45,216 bases of DNA from an uncultured Gammaproteobacteria bacterium (GCA_964512875.1 CAZEKY010000002.1:1-45216); one strand, 5' to 3'; positions 35,340-45,216 are shown, numbered from the stretch's first letter. Program-made: numbers and translations. The notes: generated by a model from the letters alone, not told the origin.

Positions 35340-38300
35340 TTATTTTTGATTTTTACTGACGGGGATCAATCGTCCGATAATAACATTTTCTTTAAGACCA
35401 ATCAAGCCGTCGACTTCTGCAATCAAGGAAGCTTCCGTTAAAACACTAGTGGTTTGCTGGAAAGAAGCAGCAGATAACCAAGAACCAGTGCTTAAAGCTG
35501 AATTGATTAAACCAAGAAGTACCTTTTTACCAACAGCAGCTTTTCCCTTATTTTCTTTAGCCTTTTCATTAGCAGCATTTAAGACAGCTGCGGTAACAAT
35601 TTGACCATAGAGGAAAGTGGTATCACCAGGATTCTCAATTTTAATCTTATCGCTCATTTCTTTAACCATAACTTCTAAGTGTTTATCATGAATACCAATT
35701 CCTTGTGATTCATAAACACCCTGAATGCTATTAATCAAATATTTTTGGGCGGCCTCGATACCTCTAATGTCCATAATTTCACGAACATCAAGCGAACCAG
35801 AACAAAGTTGGGCACCTTGTGGAACTAAATCACCATCAGCAACAAGAATTGTAGCGTTTAATGGTAAAAGATAGGTAATAACTTTAGTCGACTTGTCATC
35901 ACCTTTTCCAGTAAGTTTAATTTCGTACCCATCGACAGTCTCTTTAACTTTAACCTTTCCAGCAATTTCTGCTAAAGGTGAAGGAACTTTTGGAGTTCTA
36001 ATTTCAAAAAGTTCTTGAACACGAGGTAACCCTTGAGTAACGTCAACACCTAAGACGCCTCCGGTATGTTTGGTTCTTAGTGTAAGCTGGGTACCAGGTT
36101 CACCTATAGATTGTGCAGCAATAACACCAACTGGAACACCAACTTGAACCATCTTTCTGGTTGATAAATCCCAACCGTAACACTTTTGACATAAGCCAGT
36201 TTCAGCATTACAAGTTAAAGGTGATCTGATGTTGACCAAAGTGATTTCACTCTTTTCAATAAGTGACACCTCATCATCACCAAGCAAAGTCCCCTTTTCA
36301 ATTAAGACTTTTTTACTCTTCGGATTGATAATGTCAGTAGCTAAAACTCTACCTAGAATACGACGAGTAAAATATCTTTCTCTTCCCTTTTCGTTAGCAT
36401 CAATAGTGATGAATTTTTCAGTATGACAATCGTCAGTTTTGATGATAGCAATATGAGCAGCATCAACTAAGCGACGGGTAAGATAACCAGCATCGGCGGT
36501 TTTTAAAGCAGTATCAGCCAAACCCTTACGAGTACCTCTAGCACCAGTAACATATTCAAAAACAGACAAGCCTTCTCTAAAATTAGATTTGGTAGGAAGC
36601 TGAACGATTTTTCCAGTTGGATCAACCATCAAACCTCTCATACCTGAAAGCTGTTTGATTTGATCTTTTGATGCACGTTTAATACCTGCAGCAGAGATAA
36701 TACGAATTGGAGAATCAATATCCAAAGTTGCCCAAGTTTTTTCGGCAATTTCTTCCGTTTTTTCCATCCAAACAGACTGTGAAAGTCTTTTCTTTTCATC
36801 GTTGCTGATTAAGCCATTTTTGAAATTTTCTTCAATTTCGGCAACTTGTTGGTTAGCAGCATGAATAATGGCATCTTTTTCAGGTAAATCACCACAATCA
36901 GCCATAGATAAGGAAATACCTGAAAGGGTGAATCCTTTAAACCCAATGTCTTTTAGCGAATCAATTAATTTTACTGTTTTTAATCTACCAGCAATTTTAA
37001 GAGATTTAACTACTAGATCATTAACTGATTTAGAGCCGGCCATGGCTTCATTTAAGAAAGAAAACTCAGATGGAAGGATTTGATTAAACCAAATACGACC
37101 AAAAGTGGTTTTAGTTAAAACACCATTAATCTTGACAAGTAAAAGTTCCCTTAATTCAATCTTTTTTGATTGATAAGCAAGTTCGACTTCGGCTTCGTCA
37201 GCGAAAATGGAAAGACCCTCAAAAGAGTCAGTCGTTTCTTTGTCTAAATCTTGAGATCTAACTGAAGTAATGTAATAACAACCAACAGCCATTTCTTGAG
37301 TAGGAATAGAAACAGGATTACCATCAGCAGGCTTTAACAAATTCCTTGAAGGCAACATTAATTTTTTAGCTTCTTTTTGGGCAGATAGAGAGAGTGGTAA
37401 GTGAACACCCATCTGATCTCCATCAAAGTCGGCGTTAAAAGCTTTACAGACACAAGGATGTAATCTGATAGCCAAACCGTCAACTAAAATTGGCTTAAAT
37501 GACTGAATAGAAAGTTTGTGCAAAGTTGGAGCGCGATTCAAAAGAACATAGCTGTCTTTAGTAACTTCTTCTAAAATATCGTAGACCTCATTAATACGAT
37601 GATCAATTAAATTTTTAGCACTTTTAATGTTTGGAGCTATTCCTTTAGCCATTAATTCCCGAAGAACAAAAGGTCGATACATTTCAAGTGCGATTTCTTT
37701 TGGAAGACCAACTTGATTTAATTTTAATTCTGGGCCAACAACAATGACTGAACGACCAGAATAATCGACACGCTTACCAAGCAAATTACGTCGGAAGCGT
37801 CCTTTTTTGCCTCTTAAAAGATCAGATAAAGAACGAGGAACTCTTTTGGCACTTTTTCTTTTATTTTTTGAGGCTTTTTGAGCATCAATTAAAATGTCAA
37901 CAGATTCTTGGAGCATTCTTTTTTCATTTCTTAAAATGATTTCAGGAGCACCAAGTTTTAATAATTTTTTAAGACGATTATTTCGGTTAATTAATCTTCG
38001 ATAAAGATCGTTTAAATCAGAGGTAGCGAAACGACCACCAGTTAATTGAACCATTGGTCTTAAGTCTGGTGGAACAACTGGTACCTGAGTCAAAACCATC
38101 CATTCAGGATTAATAGAATTTTCAATCATGCCGTTCAGAATACGAATTTTGTACATGATTTTCTTTTTCTTTAGTTTTGAATTAGTTTTACTTAATTCAG
38201 CTTTTAAGTTCTTGACAGTTTCAGACATGTCAATTTGTTTTAAAACCTCATAAAGAGCCTCAGCTCCCATTTTGGCAGTAAAGAAAATATCAGCATTAAA

Positions 38301-39068
38301 TTGACTTAGATAAAAGCTTTCTTCATCTGAAAGAGTTGTTAAAACTGATAAGTTTCGAATCTTATCTTCAAGGTACTTCATTAAACCCTCAATGCGATTT
38401 TTTTCAGTTAAAGCCTTATTTTCAAGTTTTTGAACATCCTGTTTTAATTTAATATTTCTTTCATCTTTGGCAATTGAAAGTTGATCTTTGTTTTTAATCT
38501 TTTTTTCTAATTCCTTCTTCTCAATTTCAGTTTCTTCACTTTTAATTTCGATAGCTTTTTTAGTATCAACTTCAAGTTGATTGATTCTCTTTTGTGAATA
38601 ATTAGCTAAATTTTCTAAAGCCTCTTTTCTTTTTGAATCGTCAATAGAGGTGATTAAATATTTAGTAAAATAAACAACAGCCTCCAGGTCTTTTTGGGGA
38701 ACATCTAAAATAATACCTAACGGAGATGGAGTGTTTCGAAGATACCAAAGATGAGTTACAGGAGCAGCTAAAGAAATGTGTCCCATTCTTTCGCGACGAA
38801 CTTTTGAAGTGGTGACTTCAACTCCGCAGCGATCACAAATTACACCTTTGAAACGAATTTTTTTGTACTTACCACAATAACACTCGTAATCTCGAGATGG
38901 TCCAAAGATTTTTTCACAAAAAAGACCATCCTTTTCTGGTCTCCAGCTACGATAATTAATAGTTTCTGGTTTGGTAACCTCACCAGTGGACCAACTTAAA
39001 ATGTCTTCAGGAGAAGCTAATTTAATTTGAAGTCCTGTAAAATCGATCATACTTTTAAATTTAAACAT
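35340..39068 (-). CDS. rpoC: DNA-directed RNA polymerase subunit beta'
   Basis: 1242 aa with the zinc motif [11 protein letters not shown], the catalytic NADFDGD motif and trigger-loop/bridge-helix regions. Confidence 0.98.
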   Translation of the reverse strand: MFKFKSMIDFTGLQIKLASPEDILSWSTGEVTKPETINYRSWRPEKDGLFCEKIFGPSRDYECYCGKYKKIRFKGVICDRCGVEVTTSKVRRERMGHISLAAPVTHLWYLRNTPSPLGIILDVPQKDLEAVVYFTKYLITSIDDSKRKEALENLANYSQKRINQLEVDTKKAIEIKSEETEIEKKELEKKIKNKDQLSIAKDERNIKLKQDVQKLENKALTEKNRIEGLMKYLEDKIRNLSVLTTLSDEESFYLSQFNADIFFTAKMGAEALYEVLKQIDMSETVKNLKAELSKTNSKLKKKKIMYKIRILNGMIENSINPEWMVLTQVPVVPPDLRPMVQLTGGRFATSDLNDLYRRLINRNNRLKKLLKLGAPEIILRNEKRMLQESVDILIDAQKASKNKRKSAKRVPRSLSDLLRGKKGRFRRNLLGKRVDYSGRSVIVVGPELKLNQVGLPKEIALEMYRPFVLRELMAKGIAPNIKSAKNLIDHRINEVYDILEEVTKDSYVLLNRAPTLHKLSIQSFKPILVDGLAIRLHPCVCKAFNADFDGDQMGVHLPLSLSAQKEAKKLMLPSRNLLKPADGNPVSIPTQEMAVGCYYITSVRSQDLDKETTDSFEGLSIFADEAEVELAYQSKKIELRELLLVKINGVLTKTTFGRIWFNQILPSEFSFLNEAMAGSKSVNDLVVKSLKIAGRLKTVKLIDSLKDIGFKGFTLSGISLSMADCGDLPEKDAIIHAANQQVAEIEENFKNGLISNDEKKRLSQSVWMEKTEEIAEKTWATLDIDSPIRIISAAGIKRASKDQIKQLSGMRGLMVDPTGKIVQLPTKSNFREGLSVFEYVTGARGTRKGLADTALKTADAGYLTRRLVDAAHIAIIKTDDCHTEKFITIDANEKGRERYFTRRILGRVLATDIINPKSKKVLIEKGTLLGDDEVSLIEKSEITLVNIRSPLTCNAETGLCQKCYGWDLSTRKMVQVGVPVGVIAAQSIGEPGTQLTLRTKHTGGVLGVDVTQGLPRVQELFEIRTPKVPSPLAEIAGKVKVKETVDGYEIKLTGKGDDKSTKVITYLLPLNATILVADGDLVPQGAQLCSGSLDVREIMDIRGIEAAQKYLINSIQGVYESQGIGIHDKHLEVMVKEMSDKIKIENPGDTTFLYGQIVTAAVLNAANEKAKENKGKAAVGKKVLLGLINSALSTGSWLSAASFQQTTSVLTEASLIAEVDGLIGLKENVIIGRLIPVSKNQK

Positions 39069-42000
39069 TATTGTTCCTCCTTTATTTCATCTTCTAACGT
39101 GGCTGTATCGTTGCTAACGATTAAGCCTTCTGCTTGAGCCTCAATATCAACTGGGGCTTGGGCTTCAAGTTCTTCTGCTTTTATTTCAACTGGAGCAGAA
39201 TTGTCGTTTTCGACAATTTCTTCAATTTCTCTAACACCGACTGGAGAAATATCTAAACATAAACCAGCGAGTTCTTTAGTCAAAACTTTAAACGATTCAG
39301 GAATGGCCGGTTCTGGAATTGGCTGACCCTTGATAATAGCTTGAAAAGCGTGAGTACGGCCTTCAATGTCATCCGATTTGATAGTTAACATCTCTTGTAA
39401 AGTGTGAGCAGCACGATGTGCTTCTAGAGCCCAAACCTCCATTTCTCCAAGTCTTTGACCTCCCATTCTGGCTTTACCACCAAGTGGCTGTTGAGTCACC
39501 AGAGAGTAAGGACCAGTAGATCGAGCATGAACCTTATCATCAACCATGTGAACCAGCTTAATGATATAGCCAATACCAACAACTGATTGTTGATCATAAG
39601 CTTCGCCAGTTCGACCATCATAAAGTTGAGTTTTGGTCGTTTCAGACAAACCAGCTTTTATAAGTTCCTGAGCAATTTCTTCTTCAGAATATTTTTCAAA
39701 AACAGGCACAGCGTAGTGTTTACCAAGTTTAAATCCAGCGTAACCCAAGGCAACTTCTAGGATTTGACCCAAATTCATACGAGCCACGACTGAAAGTGGT
39801 GACATAACCATGTCAACAGGAGTACCATCGGCTAGTCGAGGCATGTCATATTCTGGCATAATTCGACAAATAACACCTTTATTTCCATGTCTTCCGGCAA
39901 TTTTATCACCTTCTTGGATTCTACGAATTTGAGCAACATAAACTTTAACAACCTTGTTAATGCCTGGATCTAACTCGTCGCCATTATTTTTATCAAGAAT
40001 ATCAACTTTAATGACCACTCCGCCTTCACCATTAGCAACACGTAAAGAAGTATCTTTAACTTCTCTGGCTTTTTCTCCAAAAATTGCTCTTAAAAGTCTT
40101 TCTTCAGCAGACAATTCTTTTTCACCTCTAGGCTCAACTTTGCCAACTAAAATATCATTGGGGCCAACAGTGGCACCAATCATGACAATACCGTCATTGG
40201 TTAATTTAGACAACTCGTCTTCAGAGACGTTGGGGATGTCTTTAGTTAATTCTTCTGATCCTAATTTAGTTTCAACAACCTGAGCTGAATACTCATAAAT
40301 CTGAATATTGGTTAAGACGTCTTGCTTAACTAAACGATCAGAAATCAAGAATGAATCTTCATAAGATAAACCGTCGATTGAAGCATAGGCAACTAAAAGG
40401 TTGCGACCAATAGAAAGTTCACCACCATCAGTTGAAGGGCCGTCAATTAACAAATCGCCTTCTTTGACAAGATCTCCAACATTAACAACTACTTTTTGGT
40501 TGTAACAGGTACCGTATGGTGAAGTTCTTAAAAATTTAGTTAAAGTATAAGTTTCAGTTTTACCATCTTGACTAATTTCACTAGTATCACTGCTTAATTC
40601 ATTGACTTTTTTATCAAGGGCAATGACTACTTTGCTGCCATCAACATAAGTTACTTTACCTGAATGTTTAGCCAAAACAGTTCTTCTCATTGAGGTGGCA
40701 ATAGTTGACTCCATACCAGTACCGATAATTGGTGCCTCAGGAGCAACTAGTGGAACTGCTTGAGTCTGCATGTGAGAACCCATAAGAGCACGAGTAGCAT
40801 CATCATGATCAACAAAAGGAATCAAGGAAGCAGAAGCTCCAACAATCTCGTTTGGAACTAAATCAATGTATTCAACCTGACTAATTGGGCCTTCAGCAAA
40901 CTCACCCTGATAACGAATAGGAACCCATTCTTGCTTGGTAATAAATTCATCATTAAGCTTAATATCTAAGTGAGTAATTTTTTTGCTGTATTCGTCTTCA
41001 GCATCAAGATAGTCAAAATCTTTAGAAATGGTATAACCACCTTTAATTTTTTCAAGTTTTCTAAAAGGTGATTCTAAGAAACCATACTTGTTAACACGAG
41101 AGTAAAGAGCAAGGTAGGTAACCAAACCAATATTTGGACCTTCAGGTGAACGAACGGTACAAATACGTCCGTATTGAGAACTATGAACGTCACGAATAGA
41201 GAAGGCGGCTCTTTCACGAGTCAAACCCCCGACACCAACCACAGTGACTCTTCTTAATAAATCAAGCTCTGATAAAGGGTTGGTTTGATCCAAAATAGCA
41301 GAAAGCTGATTGGATCTAAAAAAGGTATTTAAGGCGGAAATAAGAGGCTGAGGATTAATCATCTGAGAAGGAGCTGGTTTTTCTTTGGTCGAAATCAAGC
41401 TCATTCTTTCTTTAACCATTCTTTCAAAACGGGCTAAAGCAGGTCGAATAGCAATTTGAGAAACGATCTCACCACAACGTCGCAAACGGCGATTAGCTAA
41501 ACTATCGATATCATCAAGACGAGTAGCTTCACCTTTTTGCAGTTGAATCAAATATTTGATGGTGGCGACTAAATCTTCCTTTCTTAAAACCCAATTGTTT
41601 TGATCACTATCATCAAATTTAAATCCAAATTTTTTGTTAATTTTGTATCTCCCAACAGATCCTAACTCATAAGTTCTGACATCAAAAAATCTTTCATTGA
41701 AAAATTTTTGAGCATTTTCTAGAACAACTGGCTCACCTGGCCTTAATTTGCGATAAAACTCCAAAATGGCCTCTTCTGAACTTTTAGAGATATCAGCTTG
41801 AATAGTGTTGGAAATAAAATCTCCAAATTCAGCAATTAATTGTTTGTCGCCCATTTGACAAGCGGCTCTCAAAAAAATGGTAGCAGGAAATTTCTTTTTA
41901 CGATCAATTCTGGCAAAAATTACATCTTTTTTACCAATAAAAAACTCTAACCAAGAACCTCGAGCAGGTCTAATTTCAGCGCTATAAAGAGTTTTTCCAG

Positions 42001-42439
42001 TGGCAGGGTCAATTTCACCAGTAAAATAAATACCAGGAGAACGAACTAATTGATTGATAATACCTCTTTCAATACCATTGACGATAAAAGTACCCTCTTG
42101 AGTCATGGTGGGAAGGTTTAAGAAAAAAACATCTTCTTCTCGAATGTTACCGCTTCTTTTATTGGTCAATTTAGCCTTAATGCGGATGGGGACGGTATAG
42201 TTTAATCCTTTTCTTTTAGTAAGGTCTGGGGAAACAACAATTGGATCATAAGTTAAATCGCCTAGTTCTAACTCCCAGTTATTACCGGTATAGTCATTAA
42301 TTGGCGAAATTGATCGAACGGTGTCTATCAATTCTTTTTCTAAAAATTCTTTCCAGGATTCTTTTTGGATTTGAATTAAATCTAACTTGGGGAGATTAGG
42401 GTATTTTTTACCCCATTGAGTTCTTTTTACGGAAGGCAT
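39068..42439 (-). CDS. rpoB: DNA-directed RNA polymerase subunit beta
   Basis: About 1123 aa with GDKIAGRHGNKGV and MNLGQILE. ATG 42439 is preferred over the two upstream TTG codons used by the track. The C-terminal tail is acidic. Confidence 0.98.
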   Translation of the reverse strand: MPSVKRTQWGKKYPNLPKLDLIQIQKESWKEFLEKELIDTVRSISPINDYTGNNWELELGDLTYDPIVVSPDLTKRKGLNYTVPIRIKAKLTNKRSGNIREEDVFFLNLPTMTQEGTFIVNGIERGIINQLVRSPGIYFTGEIDPATGKTLYSAEIRPARGSWLEFFIGKKDVIFARIDRKKKFPATIFLRAACQMGDKQLIAEFGDFISNTIQADISKSSEEAILEFYRKLRPGEPVVLENAQKFFNERFFDVRTYELGSVGRYKINKKFGFKFDDSDQNNWVLRKEDLVATIKYLIQLQKGEATRLDDIDSLANRRLRRCGEIVSQIAIRPALARFERMVKERMSLISTKEKPAPSQMINPQPLISALNTFFRSNQLSAILDQTNPLSELDLLRRVTVVGVGGLTRERAAFSIRDVHSSQYGRICTVRSPEGPNIGLVTYLALYSRVNKYGFLESPFRKLEKIKGGYTISKDFDYLDAEDEYSKKITHLDIKLNDEFITKQEWVPIRYQGEFAEGPISQVEYIDLVPNEIVGASASLIPFVDHDDATRALMGSHMQTQAVPLVAPEAPIIGTGMESTIATSMRRTVLAKHSGKVTYVDGSKVVIALDKKVNELSSDTSEISQDGKTETYTLTKFLRTSPYGTCYNQKVVVNVGDLVKEGDLLIDGPSTDGGELSIGRNLLVAYASIDGLSYEDSFLISDRLVKQDVLTNIQIYEYSAQVVETKLGSEELTKDIPNVSEDELSKLTNDGIVMIGATVGPNDILVGKVEPRGEKELSAEERLLRAIFGEKAREVKDTSLRVANGEGGVVIKVDILDKNNGDELDPGINKVVKVYVAQIRRIQEGDKIAGRHGNKGVICRIMPEYDMPRLADGTPVDMVMSPLSVVARMNLGQILEVALGYAGFKLGKHYAVPVFEKYSEEEIAQELIKAGLSETTKTQLYDGRTGEAYDQQSVVGIGYIIKLVHMVDDKVHARSTGPYSLVTQQPLGGKARMGGQRLGEMEVWALEAHRAAHTLQEMLTIKSDDIEGRTHAFQAIIKGQPIPEPAIPESFKVLTKELAGLCLDISPVGVREIEEIVENDNSAPVEIKAEELEAQAPVDIEAQAEGLIVSNDTATLEDEIKEEQ

Positions 42440-42502
42440 CAACAAATTTAATTATTAAGAAAAAGGACGAGTTATGTTCCAACCGCTCGGCCGAATAGAG
42501 CT

Positions 42503-42531
42503 ATTATAAGGCCTTAAAGAGTAAGGCGCAA
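42503..42531 (-). promoter_or_regulatory. Putative promoter of rpoB-rpoC-rpsL-rpsG (TTGCGC-17-TATAAT)
   Basis: On the minus strand the -35 is at 42531..42526 and the -10 at 42508..42503, in the 100-nt gap upstream of rpoB. Confidence 0.45.
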
Positions 42532-42545
42532 TGGGTAGTTTTACT

Positions 42546-43130
42546 TTAGTTAAATTTAAGACTATTGATAACCTTTTGTTGAACTTCTTCATCCCCCAAT
42601 AATGGGGCATAATCAATTTGATAAATTTTATCCCCTTTTTGAAGATAAATTGTCTGATGTTTGTTTGGTAGAGTATAAGAAAAAAGATAAGCCTCTATCC
42701 CACTAATACTAAGTGCTTGATACTTCGAATCACTTTTGTCAAGGTAATCCGAAAGAGTGGAAAAATCAGGATTAATGTCTTGAAAAGAAGAATGAACATT
42801 GATAGCCAGAAAAGGAAAGTATATTTTATTTTGTTGTTCTCTCATCCCCTCAATCCACTTAATATTAGAATAAGTGTCAAGCATGATTGAGTTTTGAGAT
42901 TTATTTTTAAGGTAAAGGGCAGAGGGATATTGAAAAGAATAGTTGTATACCGGATCATTGTAAGTTAACCATTCAATTTTTACAGGGACACTACTGGTTG
43001 ATTTTTCTTCTTTCTTTGGCTTTTCTAACTTCTTGGTAACAAAAAGAAAAGTCAATGAAAACAAGGTGGCTAAAAATAATAAAAACAAGACAAGAGACAA
43101 TATTTTAATTTTATTCTTTTCATTTATCAT
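42546..43130 (-). CDS. Membrane-anchored hypothetical protein (194 aa)
   Basis: N-terminal signal-anchor ILSLVLFLLFLATLFSLTFLFV, then an extracytoplasmic domain of about 150 aa (YNDPVYNYSFQYPSAL...). No named family recognised. Confidence 0.6.
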   Translation of the reverse strand: MINEKNKIKILSLVLFLLFLATLFSLTFLFVTKKLEKPKKEEKSTSSVPVKIEWLTYNDPVYNYSFQYPSALYLKNKSQNSIMLDTYSNIKWIEGMREQQNKIYFPFLAINVHSSFQDINPDFSTLSDYLDKSDSKYQALSISGIEAYLFSYTLPNKHQTIYLQKGDKIYQIDYAPLLGDEEVQQKVINSLKFN

Positions 43131-43131
43131 G

Positions 43132-43941
43132 TTATTTTTTAACTGCTGATGCTGTTGAGGTTGGACTTGTGGATGACTTTAAATTGCTGGAAGAAGGGGC
43201 ACACTCATTGTCAGTACAATCGATAGTGTTGTTTACTTTACAAGTGCAAGTGTTGCAACCATCAGAGGCAGTAAAGGTTTCACCAATGTCATATTTTTTA
43301 TCATTTAATAAACAAGACTCTTTTGTCAAAGATGGTGCAGATTTAATTGATGATTCTAAATTAGATTTCTTGTTTTCATTTGCCTTGATTAAATAGAGAG
43401 AAATAAAAGAAAAGATGGTAATAATAAAAACAATTAAAGAAAAAAGAAAAAAATATTTAAAAAAATTGATTGTAGAAGGATTTTTGGTGGGTTGAATAAA
43501 TTCAGAAGGAAGTTCGTTTTGCAACAAAAGATCAGTCTCAGCAGGTTTTTGACTTTCAGCGTATTGATCCAAAAGATTTTGATATTCTTGATTGCTAACA
43601 AGTCGATCTTTATTTTCACTGACAGATGAGTCTTTTGAAAATTCTGTTTCGTTATCAACTTCTATAGGAGGCAGTGAGTCATTTGTTTCATTCTCAAGGG
43701 AAGGTAGAGGAGTGTTTGTTTCAATCCCAATATTAGAATCAGATTCAGAGGGAAAAGGTGATGTTTCTGTTTTAGTTTCGTTGTCAACAGAAGATAGTGG
43801 AGGAGTCATCTCGGTTTCAGTATCAGAAGGAGGAGAAAAATTTTCCTGATCGTTATCAGTAGAATCAGGAGTTAAAGGGTTTTCGGGTAAAAGATCTTGA
43901 TTTTGCAAATTAGTTTGATCATCCATGAATAAATATCTCAT
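43132..43941 (-). CDS. Single-pass membrane protein: acidic disordered N-terminus, TM helix, six-Cys C-terminal module
   Basis: 269 aa. Residues 1-150 are D/E/T/P/S/N-rich with degenerate DNET/ENET repeats. The TM helix is FFKYFFLFSLIVFIITIFSFISLYLI. The C-terminal module is CLLNDKKYDIGETFTASDGCNTCTCKVNNTIDCTDNECAP. Confidence 0.6.
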   Translation of the reverse strand: MRYLFMDDQTNLQNQDLLPENPLTPDSTDNDQENFSPPSDTETEMTPPLSSVDNETKTETSPFPSESDSNIGIETNTPLPSLENETNDSLPPIEVDNETEFSKDSSVSENKDRLVSNQEYQNLLDQYAESQKPAETDLLLQNELPSEFIQPTKNPSTINFFKYFFLFSLIVFIITIFSFISLYLIKANENKKSNLESSIKSAPSLTKESCLLNDKKYDIGETFTASDGCNTCTCKVNNTIDCTDNECAPSSSNLKSSTSPTSTASAVKK

Positions 43942-43972
43942 TTTTGAATATTGGTGTCAATGAAAATTTAAT

Positions 43973-45106
43973 TTGTTAAAATTGAGGATGAAATTTTTTA
44001 TTAAAACATTTGGTTGCATACAAAACACGGCAGACTCTGAAAAAATTAGAGTCTTCTATTTTGAAAAAGGCGGGAAAGAAGTAGATAGTTGGAAAGAAGC
44101 AGACTTGGTAATTATAAATACATGTATAGTAAGAGAATCAGCTGAAAATAGAGCCTATGGATTAATTGATGAGATTAATAAACATAATCGTAGAGAAAAT
44201 AAAAAATGTAAAATAATTGTCACCGGATGTTTGTCTGGATTAGCACATAACGATAAAAGTGGTAAAAAGTTAAAACAGCTAAAAAGAGATTTTCCAAGTG
44301 TAAGTGATTTTTTACCAATAGAAAAAATAAGTGTAAAAATAAACACACTTGCAGAAGAAAAAGAAGTAGCTTTAATACCAATTAGTTTTGGTTGCAATAA
44401 TTTTTGTAGTTATTGTATTGTTCCCTTTGCTAGAGGCAGAGAAATATCAAGAAAAATGGAAGAAGTACTAAGAGAGGTGGATAAGGCAATTGAAAGAGGT
44501 TTTAAAAAAGTGTTGTTAATTGGACAAAACGTTAATTCTTACGGAAGCGATTTGAATGAAGCTAGTGTGGTTTCAATGGGTAAAAAAAGATTTAAAAGCT
44601 TGTTCCCGCAATTACTTGAAAAAATTGCTCAAAAAAAATTAGATAAAATTTCTTTTGTAAGTAGTAATCCCTGGGATTTTTCTGACGAATTAATCGAAGT
44701 AATTGCTAAATATAAGAATATTGACAGATTAATACACCTCCCCTTTCAAGCTGGAGATGACGAGGTTTTAAAAAAAATGAATAGAGGGTATAGCAAAAAA
44801 GAATATTTAGATTTAATAAAAAAAATTAAAAGAAAAATACCTGGAGTTAAATTTTCAACAGATATCATAATCGGTTTTCCGGGTGAAGATGAAAAAGCTT
44901 TTCAAAACACTGTAGATGTCTGTAAAAAAGTTAAATTTGATATTGCTTACATTAATAAATACTCCCCAAGAAAAGGAACAGTATCGGCAAAACTTTACAA
45001 AGATGAAATTAGCCAAAGTGAAAAGAAACGAAGGTGGAATATCTTAAATGATTTAATAAACAAAAACAATTATTTACTAGACCCTTCACAAGTCCAGCTC
45101 CAGTAA
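43973..45106 (+). CDS. Radical-SAM methylthiotransferase, MiaB/RimO family, without C-terminal TRAM domain
   Basis: UPF0004 N-domain FIKTFGCIQNTADSE...INTCIVRESAE and radical-SAM motif SFGCNNFCSYCIVPFARGRE. It ends about 25 aa after the radical-SAM core. The start is TTG 43973 or ATG 43988. Confidence 0.8.
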   Translation: MLKLRMKFFIKTFGCIQNTADSEKIRVFYFEKGGKEVDSWKEADLVIINTCIVRESAENRAYGLIDEINKHNRRENKKCKIIVTGCLSGLAHNDKSGKKLKQLKRDFPSVSDFLPIEKISVKINTLAEEKEVALIPISFGCNNFCSYCIVPFARGREISRKMEEVLREVDKAIERGFKKVLLIGQNVNSYGSDLNEASVVSMGKKRFKSLFPQLLEKIAQKKLDKISFVSSNPWDFSDELIEVIAKYKNIDRLIHLPFQAGDDEVLKKMNRGYSKKEYLDLIKKIKRKIPGVKFSTDIIIGFPGEDEKAFQNTVDVCKKVKFDIAYINKYSPRKGTVSAKLYKDEISQSEKKRRWNILNDLINKNNYLLDPSQVQLQ

Positions 45107-45216
45107 CCATAACTTTTAGTTAAGCCGGTAGCTGTACCGGAGCTACAAAGATTAGAGGGGGTTTCAGAAGACGTATAAGTGCTACCATCACTAGAACCAC
45201 AAGCACCATTAATAGT
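45070..45216 (-). CDS. C-terminal fragment of a Cys-motif (secreted/surface?) protein; 5' end is outside the window
   Basis: Not in the ORF track. Reverse translation from the window edge gives TINGACGSSDGSTYTSSETPSNLCSSGTATGLTKSYGYWSWTCEGSSK, then TAA at 45072..45070. It overlaps the convergent methylthiotransferase tail by 37 nt. Confidence 0.45.
   Translation of the reverse strand, partial: TINGACGSSDGSTYTSSETPSNLCSSGTATGLTKSYGYWSWTCEGSSK

Noticed and set aside
39954-40283. Track ORFs antisense to strongly conserved genes. The set includes 856-1146, 2166-2387, 2699-2902, 4490-4768, 9384-9608, 15707-15961 and 16078-16278. It also includes 19456-19737, 20752-20985, 21140-21388, 22593-22823, 23322-23510, 23444-23710, 25572-25772 and 26037-26222. 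The remaining members are 27490-27753, 29342-29611, 36229-36426, 36868-37083, 39954-40283, 43169-43396, 43592-43849 and 44155-44397.
   Set aside because: All lie fully inside, and opposite to, genes with unmistakable protein signatures. Their translations are low-complexity or Ser/Leu/Phe-rich, as expected for shadow frames in AT-rich DNA, and they have no SD or motif support.
43600-43860. A DNA-level repeat region that looked like a tandem or microsatellite array.
   Set aside because: It is the coding sequence for the degenerate acidic DNET/ENET repeats of the 269-aa membrane protein. The copies are imperfect and in frame, so this is not a non-coding repeat.

Overview
Low-GC, very compact bacterial window using the standard genetic code (TGA is a stop at the rfbB/rfbC ATGA junction). 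Nearly everything is on the minus strand. Reading along the minus strand, the order is: two membrane-anchored orphan proteins, then rpoB-rpoC-rpsL-rpsG ending in a strong terminator. Next comes an accessory segment of about 8 kb (26.2-34.4 kb). After it, fusA and then one uninterrupted string tuf-rpsJ-S10/spc/alpha clusters-rplQ-rplM-rpsI (23.8 to 8.1 kb). This is followed by uppP, an OB-fold/exonuclease fusion (+), ppa, tRNA-Pro(GGG), recA-recX, rny, hup, nadE and a truncated NMNAT-like gene. There is no room for L30 between S5 and L15, and no map between adk and infA. Together with the Lys-rich tails on ribosomal proteins, this fits a reduced-genome CPR/Patescibacteria-like organism; that placement is an inference, not proven. 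The accessory segment splits the normally contiguous rpsL-rpsG-fusA-tuf (str) operon. It carries a LytR_C membrane protein, four small orphan genes (30742-32883), rfbB-rfbC-rfbD without rfbA, a HAD hydrolase and an FAD/NAD(P) oxidoreductase. The four orphans look like self-contained promoter-ORF-terminator units with near-consensus sigma70 promoters. They are my best candidate for an undescribed module, but I cannot assign a function from sequence alone. No rRNA, CRISPR array, transposase or integrase was seen. All promoter and terminator calls are by-eye motif and hairpin matches and are unvalidated.
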